From IMG/VR virus record IMGVR_UViG_3300005613_000227: 34,325 nucleotides of DNA; one strand, 5' to 3'. Positions 8,647 to 16,207 of this stretch are shown here, piece after piece. Position 1 is the first letter of the stretch; each line of letters begins with the position of its first letter. Below the pieces are notes generated by a model. It was not told the origin of the DNA, did not search any database, and worked only from the letters and a program-made list of their open reading frames with translations. This DNA comes from a virus. The position numbers and the translations under genes are program-made.

Positions 8647-8655
8647 TAAGGTTAA
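8647..8655 (-). promoter_or_regulatory. TTAACCTTA leader box (for gene 8391..8633)
   Basis: Exact 9-mer in gene orientation, 13 nt upstream of the ATG. Confidence 0.5.
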
Positions 8656-8668
8656 TGTTGATTAAAGG

Positions 8669-8839
8669 TTATTTTATCCCCTTTCTTGCTTTCCATCTCG
8701 CAACCATTTGTTCGTGAGTTTTTAATGCGTTTGCTCTGTAAGCCTCCTTTTCTTTTTGAGTTTCACGAATTTCGTTTACTGCGTTATTGAATTGCTCTTT
8801 TGAGATTCCTAAAAGTTTGAGTGATTGTGCTTGTGTCAT
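8669..8839 (-). CDS. Small protein (56 aa), possibly DNA-binding; first gene of the minus-strand operon
   Basis: Below the track cutoff. Sequence: MTQAQSLKLLGISKEQFNNAVNEIRETQKEKEAYRANALKTHEQMVARWKARKGIK. It is preceded by a TTAACCTTA leader and a promoter-like box. Confidence 0.45.
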   Translation of the reverse strand: MTQAQSLKLLGISKEQFNNAVNEIRETQKEKEAYRANALKTHEQMVARWKARKGIK

Positions 8840-8850
8840 AATGTTTTTTA

Positions 8851-8859
8851 TAAGGTTAA
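8851..8859 (-). promoter_or_regulatory. TTAACCTTA leader box (for gene 8669..8839)
   Basis: Exact 9-mer, 11 nt upstream of the ATG. The context ATTAACCTTATAAAAAACATT-ATG is identical to the leader of gene 28491. Confidence 0.5.
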
Positions 8860-8873
8860 TATTGAATATTCTT

Positions 8874-8916
8874 CTATAAAAATCGTTTTTTCTTAAATTG
8901 CAAGAAAAAGTTTAAC
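8874..8916 (-). promoter_or_regulatory. Promoter-like region for the minus-strand operon
   Basis: Read on the minus strand: GTTAAAC, then TTGCAA (8898..8903), an 18-nt spacer, and TTATAG (8874..8879). Confidence 0.35.
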
Positions 8917-8946
8917 TTTTTTTAATATTTTTTAATATACCCAAAT

Positions 8947-8975
8947 TTGACAAAATTAAACGATTAATCTTAAAT
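8947..8975 (+). promoter_or_regulatory. Sigma70-like promoter for 8983 (possibly a leaderless mRNA)
   Basis: TTGACA (8947..8952), a 17-nt spacer, then TTAAAT (8970..8975). The ATG lies 7 nt after the -10 box. Confidence 0.4.
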
Positions 8976-8982
8976 CCATTCT

Positions 8983-9519
8983 ATGGACAAAAAGATTATC
9001 GCTCTAACAGGAGCAAAGACTGTCGGAAAAACAACCATAGCAAAAGCAGCACAGGCTTGGGCTATTAATTCAAAGATCGTTTCGTTCGCTACTCCAATTA
9101 AAGAGATGCTTTGGCAGATGGGAGTTCCTTATGAATCTCTCAACGGCAACGATAAAGAAGTAATCATTGATCCACTCGGAAAGTCAGGAAGAGAATTAAT
9201 GCAGTCTCTTGGAACTGAGTGGGGAAGAAAAACCATCAACGAACATATTTGGGTTTTCGCTATGCAGAAACAAATCGAGAGAATGTCCGAAGAGATTATT
9301 ATTATTGATGACTTGAGATTTCCTAATGAAGCAAATTGGGTTTTAGTAAATGATGGAATAATAATTGAACTGAAAAGAGATGGCATCGAATGCAACGACA
9401 ACCACTCAAGCGAGCAACCACTCCCTAAACAATTTATCACACAATCAATCGACACAACCGATCTCGAAGATGGGATCAACAAGGTCATTGATGAAATTGA
9501 ACAAATGTTCTATTATTAG
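8983..9519 (+). CDS. Deoxynucleoside monophosphate kinase-like P-loop protein
   Basis: P-loop GAKTVGKTT. Also FATPIKEML, GRELMQSLGTEWGR and IIIDDLRFPNEA, a layout typical of phage dNMP kinases. Confidence 0.6.
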   Translation: MDKKIIALTGAKTVGKTTIAKAAQAWAINSKIVSFATPIKEMLWQMGVPYESLNGNDKEVIIDPLGKSGRELMQSLGTEWGRKTINEHIWVFAMQKQIERMSEEIIIIDDLRFPNEANWVLVNDGIIIELKRDGIECNDNHSSEQPLPKQFITQSIDTTDLEDGINKVIDEIEQMFYY

Positions 9520-9520
9520 T

Positions 9521-9775
9521 ATGGCATCTCCTGAAGAAGAAGCAGTCGAAGAAGTAAAAGCAAAGTTAGGCGAACACTTTCAGAACTATGCAATTGTTGT
9601 CCAATGGGATGACGGAGATGTTCAGTATGAGTTCAACAACGCTCTAGTCGGAAAGGCTCTGTTTAGAGAGAGCCTTGTTCTTATGAAGCGAGAGGAAGAA
9701 CTTGAGGACGAAGATGTCGAAGTTATTTGGGATGATGAAGAACCTGATGATTTCGGAGCTTCTGAATACGAATAA
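9521..9775 (+). CDS. Highly acidic small protein (84 aa)
   Basis: The ATG at 9521 comes directly after the upstream stop. The protein is D/E-rich at both ends (MASPEEEAVEEV..., ...EEELEDEDVEVIWDDEEPDDFGASEYE). Confidence 0.55.
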   Translation: MASPEEEAVEEVKAKLGEHFQNYAIVVQWDDGDVQYEFNNALVGKALFRESLVLMKREEELEDEDVEVIWDDEEPDDFGASEYE

Positions 9776-9780
9776 AAAAA

Positions 9781-9843
9781 GTTTAAAAAAGTTTAACTAG
9801 AGGCTTGACTCATTTGGGTTAAGCCTTTTTATTCAACTTATAA
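9781..9843 (+). promoter_or_regulatory. Early promoter cassette (tandem GTTTAAA/GTTTAAC boxes, TTGACT, TTATAA) overlapping a terminator hairpin
   Basis: GTTTAAA at 9781 and GTTTAAC at 9791 (10-bp spacing), TTGACT at 9805..9810, TTATAA at 9838..9843. A hairpin at 9801..9826 is followed by a T-run. Confidence 0.35.
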
Positions 9844-9852
9844 CAATTATTA

Positions 9853-9861
9853 TTAACCTTA
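9853..9861 (+). promoter_or_regulatory. TTAACCTTA leader box (gene 9872)
   Basis: Exact 9-mer, 10 nt upstream of the ATG. Confidence 0.5.
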
Positions 9862-9871
9862 TATAACACTT

Positions 9872-10348
9872 ATGAAAAAATCAGAAATCTTAGAAAACCT
9901 CTCAGAAAACTTCTACTACCAACTTAAAGATATCATCGACAGTATTAACTTTCAGTTGATGTTAAACAATAGCGAAACGCTACACAATGTTTCACTTACA
10001 AAACAAAACTGCACAAAGCACAAACGCTTCACAAATGAAGTAAAAGAATTAGAAAGAATCTCCAAAAAACTTGCAGACTTTGCGAGGTTTGAATGTTCTT
10101 TGAATTTCTTACTTACATTTGATGATTTATATTTCGTAGAAGTCACACTCGATTGGGATGGAAATTTAGGAATCACTTATGCAGGTTGCCATTACGATCT
10201 TATGGTTGGTCACAGTAAATTCGGAAAACAATTTGTTAAGGATTACTCAGATTGGGAAAAAGCAATCTCAGGCATCGCATCAGATGACTACGGATTCCAA
10301 TCAGACAAGGACATCCAATGGGAAGCCTTAAAGTCTAAAGTCGCTTAA
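9872..10348 (+). CDS. Hypothetical early protein (158 aa)
   Basis: ORF behind a promoter cassette and leader box. No motif recognised. Confidence 0.6.
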   Translation: MKKSEILENLSENFYYQLKDIIDSINFQLMLNNSETLHNVSLTKQNCTKHKRFTNEVKELERISKKLADFARFECSLNFLLTFDDLYFVEVTLDWDGNLGITYAGCHYDLMVGHSKFGKQFVKDYSDWEKAISGIASDDYGFQSDKDIQWEALKSKVA

Positions 10349-10373
10349 TTTTAACACTATAAATAAAAACATT

Positions 10374-10646
10374 ATGGCACTATCAGCAGAACACTTATTC
10401 TCAGACACCGAAACGGAAATCGTTGAGGTTAAGAAAAAAATCAGAGGCAAAGACTGCCTCTTCACAATCGAAGTAAAAGCAAACTATTCAACTTGGAGAG
10501 AGTATGACAACGAAGGTCACTCTTGCACAACAACTGAGTTCAATGGTTACGAAACAAGAATCTTTGACGAAGACAGAAAAGACTTCCCAAAGCTAACAAA
10601 GAATCAAAGAGCCGAAATCATTCAGGAGGCAGAATCAAAAGTTTAA
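10374..10646 (+). CDS. Hypothetical early protein (90 aa)
   Basis: ORF with a degenerate leader (TTTTAACACTATAAATAAAAACATT-ATG). Confidence 0.55.
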   Translation: MALSAEHLFSDTETEIVEVKKKIRGKDCLFTIEVKANYSTWREYDNEGHSCTTTEFNGYETRIFDEDRKDFPKLTKNQRAEIIQEAESKV

Positions 10647-10649
10647 ATT

Positions 10650-11072
10650 ATGATACCATACAAATTAATACTCGCAATTATTATGATAGAATCAGGAGGC
10701 GATCCTAAAGCAATCGGAGACGATGGGCTTGCCTTCGGAATCTTACAAATTCACAAAGCCTATTGCATCGATGCAGGGGAATACGCAGGAATCAGTTGGA
10801 TTCACAACGATGCCTTCGATCCTCAAAAAGCAACAGAGATGTTCAAGGCTTATATGGCTCGCTATGCGACTCCTGAGCGTCTCGGAAGAGATGTAACGGC
10901 AGAAGACATTGCTCGCATTCACAACGGAGGACTCTACGGCTACAAACGCTCTTCAACCGATGCTTATTGGGCGAAGGTCAAAGCCAAGCTCATTGAGTAT
11001 GGAGAACACAAGCTCGCTAACGGCAAGGTCATCTTTGAATATGAAGATCAACCACTTTCAGCAGTACATTAA
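10650..11072 (+). CDS. Lysozyme-like / lytic transglycosylase (SLT-type) enzyme; candidate endolysin
   Basis: The N-terminal catalytic-helix motif LAIIMIESGGDPKAIG contains the Glu. It is followed by GLAFGILQIH, and later IHNGG. Confidence 0.65.
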   Translation: MIPYKLILAIIMIESGGDPKAIGDDGLAFGILQIHKAYCIDAGEYAGISWIHNDAFDPQKATEMFKAYMARYATPERLGRDVTAEDIARIHNGGLYGYKRSSTDAYWAKVKAKLIEYGEHKLANGKVIFEYEDQPLSAVH

Positions 11073-11280
11073 AGAAGCAAATCAATCGAGCCGACTGCTC
11101 GATGGATTTGATTCTGCAATCGTAGGTTTAGACTCTCAGGGAAAGTTAGTCTATTCATTCAGGAAGCTCTCGAATCTATTAATCGAGAAAGGTTATTCTG
11201 AAGATCAATCCACTCAAGTAGTCGCTCTCTGCTTTGTTACAAACCCAACCATTAATCTAATTTACTCAAACGAAATTTAA
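11041..11280 (+). CDS. Small conserved phage protein (79 aa)
   Basis: Internal ATG of track ORF 10909..11280, overlapping the lysozyme end by 32 nt. The motif DGFDSAIVGLDSQGKLVYSFRKLSNLLIEKGYSEDQS resembles a small protein family I recall from other phages (not searched here). Confidence 0.45.
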   Translation: MKINHFQQYIKEANQSSRLLDGFDSAIVGLDSQGKLVYSFRKLSNLLIEKGYSEDQSTQVVALCFVTNPTINLIYSNEI

Positions 11281-11299
11281 TCACTAAATTAAAAACGCT

Positions 11300-11482
11300 A
11301 TGAGCATTACTAAAATAAAACCAAAGCCAACAAAGGCAAAAAAAGTTAATTACATCGGATTGAAGGTTGACGACTCTCTCCTATCACTTATAACGGAGGA
11401 AGCTCAATCTGAAGAGCGATCTGTTTCGGCACAAATCCGAAGCATTCTAATCAAACACTATAACAATAAAACTAATAATTAA
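11300..11482 (+). CDS. Ribbon-helix-helix (CopG/Arc-like) DNA-binding protein
   Basis: 60 aa. IGLKVDDSLLSLITEEAQSEERSVSAQIRSILIKH fits the beta-strand/helix/helix RHH pattern. Confidence 0.5.
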   Translation: MSITKIKPKPTKAKKVNYIGLKVDDSLLSLITEEAQSEERSVSAQIRSILIKHYNNKTNN

Positions 11483-11487
11483 AAATT

Positions 11488-12036
11488 ATGGCTATATTAA
11501 AACAACAAGCAGAATCCTCAAACGGATTCGACACCGAGGAGCTTGCTCCTGAAGGCGATTATGTCGCAACCTGTATTGATATTCAAGATGAGTTCGGAGT
11601 GACTCGCAGAAAATATCAATCCGAAGAAACCGAAGAGATTGATGTTACTCGATTCCTTTTCGGATTCAAAGCCAAGGACGGCAAACTCTACAAAGTTCAA
11701 ACTTGGGAGATGAAGATTTCAGGTTCTCCGAAATCCAAGCTCTTCAAGTTCTTATCTGATTGGCTAGGAAAAGCTCCTCAGATGGGTTGGGATTATTGTG
11801 AGTTAAAAGGTAAGGGAGCAGTTATCAAAGTCTCTCAGAAGACTTCTCAGCTAGGCAAGACCTATGCCTTCATTGATAACATCAATCCTCCAAAGAACTC
11901 GCTCAACGATTACACTTCTCAAGTGATTCCTGTTGAGCAATTCGGAGCAGGGCTTCAGCCTTCTCCTGAAGTGCAAGTCGCTTCCTCTCCAAACGCTTGG
12001 TCTCCTGAAGATGGAGATGACAACTGTCCTTTCTAA
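11488..12036 (+). CDS. SSB-like (DUF669-type) single-strand DNA-binding protein with an acidic C-terminal tip
   Basis: N-terminal LAPEGDYVATCIDIQ pattern. The C-terminus DGDDNCPF resembles the bacterial SSB tip DDDIPF. It lies within the replication module. Confidence 0.5.
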   Translation: MAILKQQAESSNGFDTEELAPEGDYVATCIDIQDEFGVTRRKYQSEETEEIDVTRFLFGFKAKDGKLYKVQTWEMKISGSPKSKLFKFLSDWLGKAPQMGWDYCELKGKGAVIKVSQKTSQLGKTYAFIDNINPPKNSLNDYTSQVIPVEQFGAGLQPSPEVQVASSPNAWSPEDGDDNCPF

Positions 12037-12045
12037 TTAAACTCA

Positions 12046-12078
12046 AGAGCGACTTCAATCAGGAGTCGCTCTTATTTT
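12046..12078 (+). terminator. Rho-independent terminator
   Basis: Stem AGAGCGACT/AGTCGCTCT, followed by TATTTT. Confidence 0.55.
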
Positions 12079-12085
12079 ACAAACT

Positions 12086-12874
12086 ATGGCAACACTAGAC
12101 GATCCAACAAAACTTGTAGACGCTCATTGGTATTCCAAGGACTGCCAACCTGCCTACAAGATTAAAAAGAAAGACGGAGGAGAGAGATCAACAACTCTTG
12201 CAGATGCAAGAAAGTATGGTTTCGTTCCTTCTGTAACAAGCATCTTCAACATTATGGCGAAGAGAGGTCTTGAACAATGGAAGCTCAATAAGGCTATCGA
12301 AGCAACTAAATCTAATCCACAGGGAGAAGAGGAAAGCGATCAGCATTATTTGGGCAGAATGGTTGAACTATCAAAGCAAGAAGTCAAAGAAGCTGCTGAC
12401 TTGGGAACTCGCATTCACGATGCGATTGATCAAAGTTTTGACGGCTTCCCAATAGCCGAAGAATTGCTTCCTTATGTAAATCCTGTTTTGGATTACATCG
12501 AGGCAAGTCACTTCTTTGACATTGAGAGAGAGGCAATCCTTGTCTCCAATCAATACGGCTACGGAGGGCGAGTTGATATGATAGCCAAGCAAGGCAGTCA
12601 TAAAATTATCATCGACTTCAAAACTCGAAAGACAAAGGAGAATCAAAAGATTACTCCCTATGAGTTCCAACCGATGCAGATTGCTGCCTATGCTCATTCT
12701 CGATTCGGTAGTTTTGATAAAGTGTTCGGAGCGAACATCTACATCTCAACAACCGAAGTGGGAAGAACAGAAGTGGTCACTTATAATTCTCAAAGGCTTC
12801 AGGAGGAGTTTGATGCCTTTTTAAATATGTTGGCTCTTTGGAGATACATTCACAAATTCGATCCAAGGTCTTGA
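12086..12874 (+). CDS. PD-(D/E)XK (RecB/Cas4-like) exonuclease
   Basis: GTRIHDAID, then GGRVDMIAKQGSHKIIIDFKTRK (D...D-x-K core), then QIAAYA. Confidence 0.55.
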   Translation: MATLDDPTKLVDAHWYSKDCQPAYKIKKKDGGERSTTLADARKYGFVPSVTSIFNIMAKRGLEQWKLNKAIEATKSNPQGEEESDQHYLGRMVELSKQEVKEAADLGTRIHDAIDQSFDGFPIAEELLPYVNPVLDYIEASHFFDIEREAILVSNQYGYGGRVDMIAKQGSHKIIIDFKTRKTKENQKITPYEFQPMQIAAYAHSRFGSFDKVFGANIYISTTEVGRTEVVTYNSQRLQEEFDAFLNMLALWRYIHKFDPRS

Positions 12875-12875
12875 G

Positions 12876-12983
12876 ATGGGAAAGGGAATGACACCGAAGA
12901 AGGGCTACGATCATAAGAAGTATAATGAGAATTATGATTCGATTGATTGGTCTAAAACTAGAAACAATAAAAAGAAGAAATGA
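12876..12983 (+). CDS. Tiny basic protein (35 aa)
   Basis: MGKGMTPKKGYDHKKYNENYDSIDWSKTRNNKKKK. It fills the gap exactly and its stop overlaps the next ATG (ATGA). Confidence 0.35.
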   Translation: MGKGMTPKKGYDHKKYNENYDSIDWSKTRNNKKKK

Positions 12984-13147
12984 ATTATCCAACCATAATG
13001 AAAGAGTCGCTGAAAACTCGGCTCAAACTTCTAAGAGATGAAAGCAATCTCTTATCGCTTAAAGTCAAAGCTATCCAAAAGAAAAAGAAAGAGATAGCCA
13101 ACGAATCAAAACAAATCAGAGAACTATTATCAGGAAGGAGCAAATGA
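12980..13147 (+). CDS. Small coiled-coil protein (55 aa)
   Basis: MNYPTIMKESLKTRLKLLRDESNLLSLKVKAIQKKKKEIANESKQIRELLSGRSK. Both ends are coupled by ATGA overlaps. Confidence 0.4.
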   Translation: MNYPTIMKESLKTRLKLLRDESNLLSLKVKAIQKKKKEIANESKQIRELLSGRSK

Positions 13148-13452
13148 CACATCCGAGCAAAGTAAAAGGAAACAACTATGAAAGAGAACTAGTCAAAGAG
13201 GCACAAGCCAAAGGACTAATCGCACAAAGAGCCTATGCCTCAAATGGCAAGGCTCTAGGCGAATGCGAGGAGGTTGACTTGATTGTCGAAGGTTGCCGAA
13301 TACAAGCCAAGAGACGAAAAGGTCTTCCTCAGTATCTCGCACTCAATGACGGAGTTGATGCCGTTGTTTTTAGAAAAGACAAAGGAGAATCACTTGTATT
13401 AATCAGGTGGCAAGATTTCACAGATAAAATAAAGGAGACAGATGGGTGGTAG
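13144..13452 (+). CDS. Holliday-junction-resolvase-like (Hjc/PD-(D/E)XK-type) nuclease
   Basis: GNNYERELVKEAQAKG...EEVDLIVEGCRIQAKRRK. GAAGGAG Shine-Dalgarno box upstream. Confidence 0.45.
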   Translation: MTHPSKVKGNNYERELVKEAQAKGLIAQRAYASNGKALGECEEVDLIVEGCRIQAKRRKGLPQYLALNDGVDAVVFRKDKGESLVLIRWQDFTDKIKETDGW

Positions 13453-13726
13453 TTACTCAGAAGAAGCGAGCAGTTGCGTTCGCTTCGCATCTCGGATTCT
13501 AGCTAGGGAGATGCAAAGAATTAAAGAACTAGAAGCACAGGGATTGAATCCCTACGAACTCGAAGAAAAGCCAATTCGCAAAACCTACGAAAAGGAAGAG
13601 CGAATCAGGATAACAAAAGCAATCAACGAAAAGCGACAACAGGGATTATCTTATCGCAAGGCTTGCGAGCTTTACGATCTTCCTGTCACAACTTATCGGA
13701 AGTGGAAACAAAGGCTGAAACTTTGA
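13442..13726 (+). CDS. Helix-turn-helix protein
   Basis: C-terminal GLSYRKACELYDLPVTTYRKWKQRL. AAGGAG Shine-Dalgarno box upstream. Confidence 0.5.
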   Translation: MGGSYSEEASSCVRFASRILAREMQRIKELEAQGLNPYELEEKPIRKTYEKEERIRITKAINEKRQQGLSYRKACELYDLPVTTYRKWKQRLKL

Positions 13727-13773
13727 AGTTTTGGAAGATAACCTACATAAACCCAATTCAGGAGGAGGCGAAG

Positions 13774-13890
13774 ATGATGAAGATTGCTTCTTCAGAGAAG
13801 GATGCTATAAAATTAGCAGAGAAGACTCTGAAGAGAAAGATTCAAGTCATAAGCGTAAAAGCAAAAGAAGTCTTTACTTGGATGAATTAA
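13774..13890 (+). CDS. Small protein (38 aa)
   Basis: ATG preceded by GGAGGAGG. This is the C-terminal part of the TTG-started track ORF 13663..13890. Confidence 0.3.
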   Translation: MMKIASSEKDAIKLAEKTLKRKIQVISVKAKEVFTWMN

Positions 13891-13912
13891 AAACTATTAA
13901 TCAACAACTACT

Positions 13913-15910
13913 ATGGGAACAAGCGAAAGAACAAGCGAACAAAAATCAATTGGATTTGGGACTCGAAGAATCTCCATCGTTGAACAAGCGAGGAAAGTCG
14001 AAACCAAAAACTACGAATTAAAAACAGTCCTTAAATGGATTCGAGAAGGCAAAGGAAAGTTTGCCGAAAATGTTAAAGAAGTCAGGAAGGCAATCAAAGA
14101 AGGAGACAAAGACAAGGCGAGCCAAGCAAAGCTCAACTTGCCTGCAGCTATGTTCTCAGGAACATTCTCCAAGCGAAGCTCAAAGGAATTAACCGAACAT
14201 TCAGGAATCCTTTGCTTAGACTTTGATCACTTAGACAATCCTCAAAAAGCCGTTGATGATATGAGATATGATCCTCATATTATTGCAGGCTTTGTCTCTC
14301 CATCAGGAACAGGTTGCAAATGCTTAATCGCTATCCCAAAAGATTCTGAAAACCATCGAGAAGCCTTCCTGAGTGCGTCAGCTTATATTAAGACAGTTTA
14401 TGGAATAGAAGCTGACGAAAGTGGGAAGGATGTCTCAAGGCTCTGCTTCCTGTCTTACGATCCTCAACTTCATTATTGCGATGATGCAGTTGAGCTTCCT
14501 GTTGCAATGCCAAGAGAACCTGAACCAATTCAAAGAGGCGAAGGCGAGCGAGTAGGAGACAAGTATAACCAAGCTCCTGACGCAAGAGATCGCTCTGCGA
14601 CAATACTTAGGAAACTAGGTTGGCAAATCGGCAGAGGCGATGCTGAGAAGACTTATTGCACAAGACCGAACAAGGACAGAGGAATCTCAGGCACTCTTTG
14701 GAGCAATGGTTCGTTCTATTGCTTCACAGATAATGCAACTCCCTTGGATGCTTCTACTTCTTATTCTCCCTTTGCTCTTTATTCCATTATCGAACACAAC
14801 GGAAACTTCAAGGAGGCTTGCAAAGATTTAGCCTCTCAGGGCTTCGGAGATGCTCCGAGTGTAAGTGGTCTAGATAGATATGGAAAGACTCCTGAAGCGA
14901 AATCTGAAGCCGTAGAAGAACAAAGAGAAGAAGTTGCTTCTGCTCTTCCGATATGGACTTCGGCTTCTGAGATTCCTGAAGACCTGAACAAGCGAATAAC
15001 AATGCGTTATCCTGTGTTGATTGATGGCTTAGTCCACAGAGGGACAAAGGTTATCCTTGGAGGAGGCTCAAAGTCTTACAAAACTTGGACGCTCCTGAAT
15101 ATGGCAATCGCAGTTGCAACAGGTCAGAAGTGGTTCGGAAGAGAAACTGTCTCAACCGACCAAGATGTTATCTTTATTAATTTCGAGGTTGCTCACGAGT
15201 TCTTCCTTCAGCGTGTCAGAACAGTTTGCAAGGCTATGAATACTGAGCCTCCAAAGAATCTCAAGATATGGTCACTTAGAGGAATCTCAAATGACTTGAG
15301 TGTTATCCTGAAAGCCTTAGACGAAAGACTCGACAACGGAGCTTCTCTAATTGTTATCGATCCAATTTATAAAGGACTAGCAGGAAGAGACGAAAACTCG
15401 GCAGGCGATATGGGACAACTAATGAATGAAGTCGAAGCGATTGTTGAGAAGACAGGAGCAGCAGTTGCATTTGCAGCACACTACTCCAAAGGCAACCAAG
15501 CAGACAAAGACCCATTGGATCGAGTTTCAGGTTCAGGAGTGTTTGCTCGTGATCCTGATACAATTCTCGGACTGACTGCTCACGAAGAACAGAATTGTTT
15601 TTCAGTTCATTCTGCTCTCCGAAACTTTGCAGGAGTTGAACCTTTTGTTGTCGAGTGGGACTTTCCTTTGTTTAGTATTCGAGAAGACTTGGATGCAAAC
15701 CGACTCAAGAAACCAAATCAAAAAGTCACAGGAAGTCAGGTCATCGATATTATTTCCGAAGCAATGCCGACAGGAATAAGAAAAGCAGAATTGGTTGATC
15801 GTTGCAAAGAGAGATTCTCAATCGGTAAATCGACAGTTTATTCTCAGGTCAAATCTTTAGTCTTATCAGGAAAGGTAACAGAGACGGCAGGAAACTTATT
15901 TACAAAGTGA
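13913..15910 (+). CDS. Primase-helicase: VirE-N/BT4734-like primase domain fused to a RepA/DnaB-like (AAA_25-type) ATPase, with a C-terminal wHTH-like tail
   Basis: LPAAMFSGTF..HSGILCLDFDHL..SPSGTGCKCLIAIP..SRLCFLSYDP. Walker A GGGSKSYKT, Walker B LIVIDPIYK, then AAHYSKG and SGSGVFARDPD. Confidence 0.8.
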   Translation: MGTSERTSEQKSIGFGTRRISIVEQARKVETKNYELKTVLKWIREGKGKFAENVKEVRKAIKEGDKDKASQAKLNLPAAMFSGTFSKRSSKELTEHSGILCLDFDHLDNPQKAVDDMRYDPHIIAGFVSPSGTGCKCLIAIPKDSENHREAFLSASAYIKTVYGIEADESGKDVSRLCFLSYDPQLHYCDDAVELPVAMPREPEPIQRGEGERVGDKYNQAPDARDRSATILRKLGWQIGRGDAEKTYCTRPNKDRGISGTLWSNGSFYCFTDNATPLDASTSYSPFALYSIIEHNGNFKEACKDLASQGFGDAPSVSGLDRYGKTPEAKSEAVEEQREEVASALPIWTSASEIPEDLNKRITMRYPVLIDGLVHRGTKVILGGGSKSYKTWTLLNMAIAVATGQKWFGRETVSTDQDVIFINFEVAHEFFLQRVRTVCKAMNTEPPKNLKIWSLRGISNDLSVILKALDERLDNGASLIVIDPIYKGLAGRDENSAGDMGQLMNEVEAIVEKTGAAVAFAAHYSKGNQADKDPLDRVSGSGVFARDPDTILGLTAHEEQNCFSVHSALRNFAGVEPFVVEWDFPLFSIREDLDANRLKKPNQKVTGSQVIDIISEAMPTGIRKAELVDRCKERFSIGKSTVYSQVKSLVLSGKVTETAGNLFTK

Positions 15911-15952
15911 TTGACTTTATAGAAGGAGTGGTTCGTAATCACTCCAACTATT

Positions 15953-16063
15953 ATGAGTAATACTATCAAACCAAACTCGCTAAGATATGAGAATCATTTA
16001 AAGCGACAAAAACGAAAGAAACTAATAAAGATATTCTTTCCATTCCTAGCAAAAGCCTCTTAA
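15953..16063 (+). CDS. Possible 36-aa peptide in a stand-alone mini transcription unit (could instead be non-coding)
   Basis: MSNTIKPNSLRYENHLKRQKRKKLIKIFFPFLAKAS. TTGACT at 15911 lies upstream and a terminator overlaps the stop. Confidence 0.2.
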   Translation: MSNTIKPNSLRYENHLKRQKRKKLIKIFFPFLAKAS

Positions 16064-16078
16064 TTGAGGTTTTTTTTT
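16053..16078 (+). terminator. Rho-independent terminator
   Basis: Stem AAGCCTC/GAGGTTT, then a T9 run. Confidence 0.55.
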
Positions 16079-16118
16079 CGTCCTGTAGGGTGCTTAAATA
16101 AAGGGATTAATAAAAAAA

Positions 16119-16174
16119 GTTAAATAAAGTTAAATATTTATTTGACATCTAATAAGCTATTTCGTAACTTATAA
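16119..16174 (+). promoter_or_regulatory. Early promoter cassette
   Basis: GTTAAAT at 16119 and 16129 (10-bp spacing), TTGACA at 16142..16147, TAACTTATAA at 16165..16174. Confidence 0.4.
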
Positions 16175-16186
16175 ACATAATCAAAT

Positions 16187-16195
16187 TTAACCTTA
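16187..16195 (+). promoter_or_regulatory. TTAACCTTA leader box (gene 16208)
   Basis: Exact 9-mer, 12 nt upstream of the ATG. Confidence 0.5.
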
Positions 16196-16207
16196 ATAAA
16201 AACACTT

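Noticed and set aside
8840-8982. Bacteroidota-type promoters (TTG ... TAnnTTTG), considered because of the weak SD usage
   Set aside because: No TAnnTTTG box was found at the expected distance here or upstream of other operons. TTGACA/TTGCAA-type boxes fit better.
9380-11040. N-terminal extensions of track ORFs 9380..9775 and 10909..11280
   Set aside because: The upstream parts lie inside the dNMP-kinase and lysozyme genes in other frames. Internal ATGs at 9521 and 11041 give compact products that fit the gene packing.
13663-14021. Track ORFs 13663..13890 and 13731..14021
   Set aside because: Both begin with TTG and overlap neighbouring genes. I kept only the SD-preceded ATG at 13774 (38 aa), at low confidence. 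The 13731 frame overlaps the primase-helicase start.
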